Both the position numbers and the translations under genes were made by a program. From Rhodobacterales bacterium (GTDB lineage Bacteria; Pseudomonadota; Alphaproteobacteria; Rhodobacterales; Rhodobacteraceae): DNA of 64,000 nucleotides. The stretch's first letter is position 1; each line of letters starts with the position of its first letter. Positions 9,447 through 16,793 of this stretch are shown here, piece by piece. The notes under the pieces were generated by a model that was not told the DNA's origin, ran no database searches, and saw only the letters and a list, made by a program, of their open reading frames with translations. The stretch spans positions 5,015 to 69,014 of the forward strand of contig JBBQHC010000002.1 in assembly GCA_038323615.1 (NCBI GenBank), given 5' to 3'.

Positions 9447-10526
9447 ATGGCCGACTTTGACACCCAAATTCGTGAATCCCAGGAACAGGTTGCGCAGGCG
9501 CAATCCAAGATCAGCGATCTGACAAGCCGGATCGAAATTGCCCGCCAAAAGATGGCGCAGGGCACCGATATCGCGGTCGATATCGAGAACGCCTCGCTTG
9601 AGGATGTACACGCGCATACCGAACTGATGAACGCCAACATCGCCGAACTGATCATGGGGCTGGACGATGTGACATCCGGCTTTCAGCAGGATTTCGATGA
9701 GATGCGGTCGAAGACGGGCATGGAGAGCTTCATTGGCTTCTTTTCCAAGGCCAAATCGGATTCGATGCGCGGCGAACGGATGCGCACGGCGTCCGTGGAC
9801 GACAAGTTGCAGGATCTGATCTCGAAATCCAACGTGATCCAGAAACTGCTGGAACAGCAGTTGACCATTCTGAACGAGCAAAAGGTCAAGGTCGAAGGCA
9901 ACCTGACCGAGACGCTGGAAGAGCGCGAGGTCACGGTGGGTGAATTGGAGGCATCGCGGGCCGAGATTTTGGGTATGGACCCCAAAATCATCACCCTCGA
10001 AGGGCAGATTTCGGTTGAACAGGACGCTGCCAAGCGCACCAAACTGGAAACCGAACTGGCGGCGCTGAATACCCAATACAATGCGCTGGTGCAGGACGAG
10101 CAGGTCAAGCTGGCGAAATCGCAGACGCTGGAACGCTATATCGAAAAGGGCAAGACCTGGATCGACTCGTTGCAGAACCAAGCGGCAACCCAGATGGTGC
10201 TGATCAACAAATTGCAGACCGATACCAAACAGCGGGTGGTCTTGTATGACGCCCTGACCAAATCGCTGAAGACCGCCCAGCAGCAGGACGTGGCGCACCG
10301 GATCAACGAGATCGGGGTCAAGACCGACCAGGAGGCGCAGACCGCGATGGCGGCGATCGGGTCGGCGACCAACGCCAAGATGGCCGACATGCTCGAGGCG
10401 CACGAGGACCACATGGTCTTCGCCCGCGAGGTGCTTGAGCAAAAGGCCAAGGCGGACGAACGGTTCATCCGGCGGTTTCAGAAGATCGTCGAGAAGCACG
10501 ACAAGAACCTGTATGGGGCCGAGTAG
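9447..10526 (+). CDS. all-helical coiled-coil protein (possible TelA/PspA-like architecture), first gene of the 8-gene operon
   Basis: 359 aa, with ATG 9447 preceded by GAGGA. Rich in E/Q/K/L/A, no Cys, one Pro, one Trp, and long heptad-like stretches. An FIGFFSKAKSDSMRGERMR linker separates the helical blocks. The family cannot be confirmed without an HMM search. Confidence 0.8.
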   Translation: MADFDTQIRESQEQVAQAQSKISDLTSRIEIARQKMAQGTDIAVDIENASLEDVHAHTELMNANIAELIMGLDDVTSGFQQDFDEMRSKTGMESFIGFFSKAKSDSMRGERMRTASVDDKLQDLISKSNVIQKLLEQQLTILNEQKVKVEGNLTETLEEREVTVGELEASRAEILGMDPKIITLEGQISVEQDAAKRTKLETELAALNTQYNALVQDEQVKLAKSQTLERYIEKGKTWIDSLQNQAATQMVLINKLQTDTKQRVVLYDALTKSLKTAQQQDVAHRINEIGVKTDQEAQTAMAAIGSATNAKMADMLEAHEDHMVFAREVLEQKAKADERFIRRFQKIVEKHDKNLYGAE

Positions 10527-10604
10527 GATGGGCGATTTCGTCCATTGTGACGGCGGGATGGGCAAATTGCCTGTCCTGCGGACCGGACAACCGTCGCGCC
10601 GCTA

Positions 10605-11729
10605 ATGACCGCGCTCGACACTCCCCTCGACCATTTCAAGCTGGAGGACACCCGTGTCACCCGGCGCTATTTCGGCAAGTTCGAAAAGATCACCGGCTAT
10701 CTGGGCAAGGTCGCCGCGGTGATGGAGGCGGAGGGTAGCTATTCCCGCGCCGACATCGCCATTATTGCCCGCTATCTGATCGGGCTGAATCTTACCTTTC
10801 GCGCATTGGCCCACAAATACCATTTCGCCGGCCGGTTCGCCCATGCCGGACAACTGACGTTCGATCGGGTCGAGTCAGGCTTTCCGGTCTTTTCGGAACT
10901 GATGGAAATGGCCAATGACGCGCATCAGGCGGCGCGGCATCTGGAAGCCATGCCGACCCAAGAGGCGCTGAAGGATCAAATGGTGCGCACCATTGTCGGG
11001 GAGCAGTCGATCCCGACGAAATTGCAATACGCGCTGTCGCAGCGGCTGTATTACGAAGAACTGGTCAAGGGCGAATTGTTCTGGGCGCGCAATGACCCGC
11101 AGGCGGTCTGGATCGGCAATGCGCCCGACGGGCGGCGGACCTTTCAGGTGCATTGGGCGGTCTATGACAGTCAGGTCAACCTGCCGGTGATCTACCTGAT
11201 GGACCTCGAAGATAGCGGCCGCATTGGCCTGCCAAAAGACGAGCGCCGCTGGCCCGAGGCGCAGGCGCATCTGATGGCACAATCGCTGGACGGGCTGAAA
11301 CTGCTGACCATCGCAACCGGCTTTGACACCGATTTCGACGACCTGCACCCGGTCCGGCTGCGCCGGTTCCATATCGGCCCGATGTACAGCCACGCCTTTA
11401 CCCGCCAAGACGGCCCGTTGCGCGAGGTGCTGGAGGCGGCGCAGGCCCCGGTGGGCGAAGACTGGGCGCTGGTCTGGACCGAAGAGGATCTGGTGACCGA
11501 CCGGGTGGACACGGTGAAATCGGGCTGGTTCGGGTCGGTTGAACGGCAGATTTTCGCGCTCGACCCGCTGCTGGGGCGCGGCGACATGCTGGGCGCGACC
11601 CGGATGGAGCGGTCGCTGATCATGCCGGAACGGCCGTTTCAGGCCTTGGCTGAGAAAAAGCCGAAGGGGTTCGAGGATGTGCGCAAGTTCGTCGTCAGCC
11701 CCGGCGGTAAGGTGTTGAGTTATCGCTAG
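10605..11729 (+). CDS. hypothetical protein (374 aa), operon gene 2
   Basis: ATG 10605. Host-like third-position GC. Soluble-looking, with no motif I recognise. Confidence 0.75.
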   Translation: MTALDTPLDHFKLEDTRVTRRYFGKFEKITGYLGKVAAVMEAEGSYSRADIAIIARYLIGLNLTFRALAHKYHFAGRFAHAGQLTFDRVESGFPVFSELMEMANDAHQAARHLEAMPTQEALKDQMVRTIVGEQSIPTKLQYALSQRLYYEELVKGELFWARNDPQAVWIGNAPDGRRTFQVHWAVYDSQVNLPVIYLMDLEDSGRIGLPKDERRWPEAQAHLMAQSLDGLKLLTIATGFDTDFDDLHPVRLRRFHIGPMYSHAFTRQDGPLREVLEAAQAPVGEDWALVWTEEDLVTDRVDTVKSGWFGSVERQIFALDPLLGRGDMLGATRMERSLIMPERPFQALAEKKPKGFEDVRKFVVSPGGKVLSYR

Positions 11730-11835
11730 GGGCGACGGGTTGAAACCCGCCGTGACGGGCGCGGATTGCGACGGTCGCGAAGCCGGACAGTGCGGATGCC
11801 TCCGGCGGGAATATTTAAGGCCAAAAGAAGGTGAA
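11730..11835. repeat. mosaic intergenic element, copy 2 (REP-like hairpin plus AT-rich block) inside the operon
   Basis: CGGGTTGAAACCCG hairpin (11736-11749) and GGGAATATTTAAGGCCAAAAGAAGGTG (about 11807-11833). It fills nearly the whole gap between operon genes 2 and 3. Confidence 0.75.
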
Positions 11836-11843
11836 TCAGGACC

Positions 11844-13778
11844 ATGAGCCAGACGAGCGATCAGATGGAACTGCGCGAGGCGGATGTGCGCAAGCACTAT
11901 CCGGCGGCTTTGGCCCTGCTGGAAGGGTTCGATCACAGCCCGCGGATTGCGACGGGCACTGTCGCCGCCCCGGTTGAACGGTCCGATGGGATCGGGACGC
12001 GCCGCGCGTTCCGGTCGACCACACCGGGGCTTGTTGGGCGCAGGGTGGCGCGAACCGAAGGGATTCAACTGCTGACGCGGATTGCCGGGGTCGAAGGTGG
12101 CGAGGGGCTGACCTCGCCGGTGCAGGCCGCGGTGATGCAGGTCTTGCGCCGCGCTGTCGCCATCGCCATGGCCGTGGCCGAACAATACGCCGACCGTACC
12201 GGGTTGACCGACCTCAAGCGCGCCAACCTCGAAGGGGCGCTGCCCACCGCCAAAGGGTCGGAGTTTTCCGAATTGCTGACCGCCGAGGCATTGATCACGC
12301 TTTATGTTTTTGGGTCAGCCACGGCGTTTCTGCTGGCCTCTCACGCCGGGACCGAAACCGTCGAAGTGGGCGAGGTCGAGGAGGTTTTGACCGACAACGG
12401 CCAACTCGCTTTGCACGGCGCGCTGTGGGAGTTGGATCAGGACATCGGCGCACTGGCCGCGTCCGAGCCCAAACTGGTCGCCACCGTGCTGGCATTCGCC
12501 GAGGCGCTGATGGACAAGGTCAGTGCGCGGGCCAGCACCGCCGCCCGGCTGGAACCCTTCAACGCGGCAAGCTGGAAAGTTGAAGCCGACGGGTTCAGCG
12601 TGCGCGGTTTCACCCCCGCCCGGGCCGCCAGATCGACCACGCTAACAATGACCTTCAAGCAACCCAACGAGGTGATCGGCAATCACATCGCTAAATATCA
12701 GGCAATGAAACTGTCCAAGATGATCATGGCCTATGATTTCGACCGGCGCTTGAATCCCTTTGCCGAATTGGGCGGTTTCATTTTCACCTTCATGGGCGAC
12801 GGCGCACCGGGGACCGGCAAGACGACGCTGATTCAGATGATGGCCGGGCTGATCAATGGCTATTGTCAGACGGCGGGCTATCCGTTTCGGTATCAGAACC
12901 TGTCGACCGACAATATCGACAGTTATCAGGGCAAATCGGGGCAGAACGCCAAGGCGTTCATAACGTCTATTATCGACCCCGCCGTGATCGGATTTGGTAC
13001 CATCGACGATATTGACCAACTGGCCGGCAAGCGCGGCGATCGCCAGTCGAGCGCCGGTCAATTGGAAATTACCGCGGTGTTGATGGAAAGTTTCGCCGGG
13101 GCCAATACGGTCGTGCGCGGGAACTGCACGTTCGGGATGTTTTCCAATTATCCCGAAAACGTCGATGACGCCCTGCGCCAGCGGGCCGGGGCGCGGTTTC
13201 TGGTCGACGGGCCGATCACGCGCGACGATTATATCGACATTCTGTATCTGCTGATGGGCAAGAACCACAAGATCCCGGTCGGCGATCATCAGGTCTATGC
13301 CGCGCAGGAGATCAAAAAGGCTGTCGCGGACAGCTTTGAAAGTCATGCAAAGCCGCATGAGGAAGGACTGGAAAAGGTCTATAACCGGGTCAGCAGGGAT
13401 ATTGGCAAGCTGGATACGATTACCAAGCTCGGCACTTATCTGAAGGGTATTCAAGAGGCCGACCCCCGTTTCACCGGTCGCGCGATCAAGAATATCACCG
13501 ACGCGGTCAAGGTGCGGGCGATGGATTTCGAATTGCCGGACGAATGGATGGAAACCCCCGATCTGTTTCTTTTCAGATCCTACGACGAGAAGATGGGCAT
13601 GATCGAGGAACTGCGCCAGCCGATCACCGTCGAGATGGTGATTCAGGAAATCAACCGCTATGCGGATTCCGAATTCCGCTATGCCGATAAATCCGACGAG
13701 GTCGCGATTGCCGATATGGTGCGCGACTATGCCCGGCAGGAAGAGGCGAAGCGGCGCTATCTGGAGGGCAGGGAATGA
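11844..13778 (+). CDS. AAA+ ATPase, classic AAA clade, with unique N- and C-terminal regions
   Basis: 644 aa. Walker A GAPGTGKT (nt 12801-12824), Walker B GTIDDID (nt 12996-13016), and the second region of homology NYPENVDDALRQRAGARF. The ~300-aa N-terminal and ~170-aa C-terminal regions carry no motif I recognise. Confidence 0.9.
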   Translation: MSQTSDQMELREADVRKHYPAALALLEGFDHSPRIATGTVAAPVERSDGIGTRRAFRSTTPGLVGRRVARTEGIQLLTRIAGVEGGEGLTSPVQAAVMQVLRRAVAIAMAVAEQYADRTGLTDLKRANLEGALPTAKGSEFSELLTAEALITLYVFGSATAFLLASHAGTETVEVGEVEEVLTDNGQLALHGALWELDQDIGALAASEPKLVATVLAFAEALMDKVSARASTAARLEPFNAASWKVEADGFSVRGFTPARAARSTTLTMTFKQPNEVIGNHIAKYQAMKLSKMIMAYDFDRRLNPFAELGGFIFTFMGDGAPGTGKTTLIQMMAGLINGYCQTAGYPFRYQNLSTDNIDSYQGKSGQNAKAFITSIIDPAVIGFGTIDDIDQLAGKRGDRQSSAGQLEITAVLMESFAGANTVVRGNCTFGMFSNYPENVDDALRQRAGARFLVDGPITRDDYIDILYLLMGKNHKIPVGDHQVYAAQEIKKAVADSFESHAKPHEEGLEKVYNRVSRDIGKLDTITKLGTYLKGIQEADPRFTGRAIKNITDAVKVRAMDFELPDEWMETPDLFLFRSYDEKMGMIEELRQPITVEMVIQEINRYADSEFRYADKSDEVAIADMVRDYARQEEAKRRYLEGRE

Positions 13779-14128
13779 CCGGCATCACTCAGGCCTTTGC
13801 CGGCGGGCTGATCTTGCCGGCCGTCTGTGTTGCGGCGCTGGGCTGGGTCGTGCCGCGTCTGTTGGCGTTGATATTCCCCGAAGGCGTCACGGCGCTGATG
13901 CTACTGGCCTTGACGGCAACGGTTGTCATGCTGGCGTTTGGGGCCGGGTTTTTCGCGCTGCTTTATGTCTGGCAGGGCGTCCCGTTCGACATGCTGTTCG
14001 AGGGGGGCATCGCGGCGGGTGTGCTGCATTTCGGGCAACTTGGCCTGATTTCAGCCCTGTTATGGGCACCAATCCTGGTGCTGTCGGTGGCGGGTCTGCC
14101 GAAAAACTGGGTGACGATGGTATGGTGA
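13775..14128 (+). CDS. small polytopic membrane protein (117 aa), operon gene 4
   Basis: 3-4 hydrophobic helices. ATG 13775 overlaps the TGA of the ATPase gene (ATGA). Confidence 0.7.
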   Translation: MTGITQAFAGGLILPAVCVAALGWVVPRLLALIFPEGVTALMLLALTATVVMLAFGAGFFALLYVWQGVPFDMLFEGGIAAGVLHFGQLGLISALLWAPILVLSVAGLPKNWVTMVW

Positions 14129-14430
14129 ACTGGTTTCTTGCGATCCTGGTTGTCGGCCCCTGTCTGATCGGGGCCTTTGCCGGTTGGCGCGGCGGCCGGG
14201 TTGAAATGACTGTGCCCGCCGACATCCTGCGCCCGCTTGGCCTGACGCTGCTTGCGGCTCTCGCATGGTCGGCGGTGTTCGTGCTGGGGGTCCACGGTGT
14301 GACCAATGCGGCGCTGGGCGGGGCGTTCACCTGGACCGCGTTCCTGCCGTTTCTGGGGGTCGCCCTGCCGTTCGCGATCCCGTTGACGGTGATCGCCTTT
14401 TTCGTCAGTGCAAGGGCGTATCAGCGATGA
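14122..14430 (+). CDS. small polytopic membrane protein (102 aa), operon gene 5
   Basis: ATG 14122 lies 7 nt inside gene 4. Product MVNWFLAILVVGPCLIGAFAGW... has about three hydrophobic helices. The track ORF 13660..14430 is the same frame with a spurious upstream extension. Confidence 0.65.
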   Translation: MVNWFLAILVVGPCLIGAFAGWRGGRVEMTVPADILRPLGLTLLAALAWSAVFVLGVHGVTNAALGGAFTWTAFLPFLGVALPFAIPLTVIAFFVSARAYQR

Positions 14431-15779
14431 ATCTGCTGATTGAAAAGGGGCTGATGTTCGGCAATCTGATCCGGGTCGATAGCCCGGTATTGGTTGATCG
14501 CTATAACCGGGCGCTGAAACATCTGACCGGCAAAACCACCACGCTGAAAGAGTTTCATATCGACATTTCCGGCTATTCGCCCGAGGTCGGGGATGAATTG
14601 AACGACCATTTGTATCTCAACCACAACGGGGTGAACCGGCAATTCATTCTGCTGACGACAGAACAGACGACGGCGCCGCTGCTGAACGCCAACTTTTCCA
14701 CCTCGCGCGGCATCCTGCGCCAGTTTTATACCGCCAATGCGGCGCAACTGTTCGCCCTGACGGCCCGCGACGCGGTGGCGGGCGAATTGATCAATTCGGT
14801 CTATGTCGCGCCCACCGCCGCCGCCCTGTTCGACATCCGCAAGATCACGGTCGAGGCGGATACCACCGACGGCACCGTCGCGACGGCAGCGAAATTGGGG
14901 GCAATGATCGACCAGTTCAAAACCGAAAAGGACGCGTGGTTTGACGATGTGCTGATCGCGCAGATGATCGGGCTGGCCAAGGAAACCGGCGATCTGACGC
15001 GCAATCCGGTGGCCCTGCAAAAGATGAGCTTTGCGCAGGATAATTTCTGGACCGGCCTGTTCGGCGGCCTCTATCTGTTTCGCGGTGTCACCCATCCGGC
15101 GGCGATTGCCGCGACGGACAAGGCCAAACTTGGCGATCTGCCGATCCCCTATGTCTTTGATTTCAAGGACCGGTCGGCCATTGCCAAATTTCTTGAATTG
15201 AACGGGCTTGCCGAACCCATCGTCAAGGCGCGGGGCATCGATGCCGCTGCGATCCTGCATCAAAAGATGGATTTCGTCGTCGCCGAGGTCGCCAGCAAAC
15301 TGGGCGAGGATATGGCGGGGGCCACCCGGCGCGACCTGCGCAATCTGGGGCGACGTTATGCTGACAAACTGCCCGCCGAATGGCAGGGTCTGGCGGCGCT
15401 GGCCCGCTGGGCCGAGGATGGTGGCGACTGGCCAACGATCACATCCAACCATCCGGCCTATTTCTACACCCTGCGGGCGACGGCCCACCCCGACGCCGAT
15501 CTGGTGAATATGCTACTCGCTGATTTGGCTCCGCTGGACATCCGGCAGTTGTTTATCTGCCATAAAGAGGCGTTTTATGCGGCCTATGCCGGCTGGCCGG
15601 TTGAAAAGCAGGCCTATGTGGCGGACTTTCTGGAGCGCGAATATCAGGTGGACAAGGCCGGGACCCGCGCGGCGCTGTTCGGACACGAGGCGGCGATGGA
15701 AGAACCGGCACCGGTGACCCGGCCAAAGGTTGATATCGTCGATCTGGTAGGGCCCTGGGGCGCGATCAAGAGGAGATAG
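14427..15779 (+). CDS. hypothetical protein (450 aa), operon gene 6
   Basis: ATG 14427 overlaps the preceding TGA (ATGA). Soluble-looking, with no motif I recognise. The track ORF starts upstream at 14265 in the same frame. Confidence 0.75.
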   Translation: MNLLIEKGLMFGNLIRVDSPVLVDRYNRALKHLTGKTTTLKEFHIDISGYSPEVGDELNDHLYLNHNGVNRQFILLTTEQTTAPLLNANFSTSRGILRQFYTANAAQLFALTARDAVAGELINSVYVAPTAAALFDIRKITVEADTTDGTVATAAKLGAMIDQFKTEKDAWFDDVLIAQMIGLAKETGDLTRNPVALQKMSFAQDNFWTGLFGGLYLFRGVTHPAAIAATDKAKLGDLPIPYVFDFKDRSAIAKFLELNGLAEPIVKARGIDAAAILHQKMDFVVAEVASKLGEDMAGATRRDLRNLGRRYADKLPAEWQGLAALARWAEDGGDWPTITSNHPAYFYTLRATAHPDADLVNMLLADLAPLDIRQLFICHKEAFYAAYAGWPVEKQAYVADFLEREYQVDKAGTRAALFGHEAAMEEPAPVTRPKVDIVDLVGPWGAIKRR

Positions 15780-15782
15780 GCA

Positions 15783-16058
15783 ATGGCGTTCATCAAACTT
15801 TTCGTTTTTGGGTTTATCTTTCTCAGCGTGATCTACCTGTCGATTTCGATCTATTCGCGCTCGGTCCGGCGTGAAAAGCTGGAAAAACGCTGGGATGCAA
15901 ATCCGCCCGAGGGGGCCGACGCCGCGGCGCGGGATGCCTATATCGCGGAAGGCATGGCCGTCTATCACCACGGTTTGCGGCGCAAGCTGATTGCGCTGGT
16001 CTATGTCGTGCCGACCCTTATTATCGCGGTGATCCTCTACATCACGAACGCCAACTAA
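15783..16058 (+). CDS. two-TM membrane protein (91 aa), operon gene 7
   Basis: Starts 3 nt after the gene 6 stop. It has N- and C-terminal hydrophobic helices around a charged loop (RSVRREKLEKRWDANPPEG). Confidence 0.7.
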   Translation: MAFIKLFVFGFIFLSVIYLSISIYSRSVRREKLEKRWDANPPEGADAAARDAYIAEGMAVYHHGLRRKLIALVYVVPTLIIAVILYITNAN

Positions 16059-16070
16059 AGGACTGATTCC

Positions 16071-16748
16071 ATGCGCTATGTCAGAATGACGTTTCGGTTG
16101 ATTGTCGTCGTGATCCTGTTCAGCTTTTTCCACTACGTCCTGCCACAGCACGATATTGCCAAGGTGACCGGCACCTCGATCATTCCGACCGATCTGGGGG
16201 GTTTGAACAGCATCTTTTATGCGCAGACTGACAGCGGCAACGCGACCCTGCCAACGCGCAGTTTGCGGCTGATCAACACAACGAAACGGAACACGTTCCT
16301 GCTGGGGTTCATCCCGCGCGATAGCGAAAGCATCATGGTTTATCGCAACGAGGATACCGGCTGGATCTGGCCGCCCTATTTCAAGTTCGACAGTTCTGAT
16401 TTGCAGGCGACGGCAGACGCAAATGTGTCGACTGCGGACAATCCGCGCTGGGTCGTCATCACCCACTACGGCTGGCGCAACCGATTCTTTACGATCTATC
16501 CCAATGCTATCGGCATCCGTCCGGTATCGGGGCCGGATGTGCGGATCATCCCGTGGTTCAACATCTTTTTCTTTATCTTCCTGGCCATCGCTTACGTGTT
16601 TCTGCGGGCGATGTGGGCGCAGTTCCGCGAACGATCGGTCGATCCGCTGCTCGATTCGGCGGGCAACCGGATGGACGAGGTCAGCGCAGGCGTGGCCGAG
16701 CGGCGCAGCCGGATCAGTCGGTGGTTTGATTCGTGGCGGCGCAAATAG
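16071..16748 (+). CDS. DUF1523-like membrane protein (225 aa), operon gene 8
   Basis: N-terminal TM helix, a central domain with VVITHYGWRNRFFTIYPN, a second TM helix (IIPWFNIFFFIFLAIAYVFL) and a basic tail. It matches my recollection of the DUF1523 family. Needs an HMM check. Confidence 0.7.
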   Translation: MRYVRMTFRLIVVVILFSFFHYVLPQHDIAKVTGTSIIPTDLGGLNSIFYAQTDSGNATLPTRSLRLINTTKRNTFLLGFIPRDSESIMVYRNEDTGWIWPPYFKFDSSDLQATADANVSTADNPRWVVITHYGWRNRFFTIYPNAIGIRPVSGPDVRIIPWFNIFFFIFLAIAYVFLRAMWAQFRERSVDPLLDSAGNRMDEVSAGVAERRSRISRWFDSWRRK

Positions 16749-16793
16749 GGGGGAGCTGCCCCCCGGCGGGTTGCGGTCAGAAAAAACCGCGGA

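Noticed and set aside
9432-10565. 377-aa minus-strand ORF covering the first operon gene
   Set aside because: Its Leu/Arg/Gly/His/Asp-rich low-complexity composition is typical of antisense frames in high-GC DNA. The plus-strand frame has a Shine-Dalgarno, a proper start and coding-like third-position GC.
10875-12185. 436-aa minus-strand ORF across operon genes 2-3
   Set aside because: It is a shadow ORF. It runs straight through the intergenic repeat element and is Arg/Pro/Gln-rich, while the plus-strand genes carry recognisable AAA+ motifs downstream.
13660-14430. 256-aa plus-strand ORF overlapping the end of the ATPase gene
   Set aside because: Only the last 102 codons (from ATG 14122) look like a real membrane protein. 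The upstream part is an Arg/Gly-rich out-of-frame reading of the ATPase and gene 4 sequence.
9244-16793. The eight-gene operon as a mobile defence island
   Set aside because: I found no integrase, transposase, tRNA target, direct flanking repeats or sharp compositional break at its borders, and the neighbours are ordinary chromosomal genes. A stress or defence function is still possible, but I cannot support mobility from the sequence.
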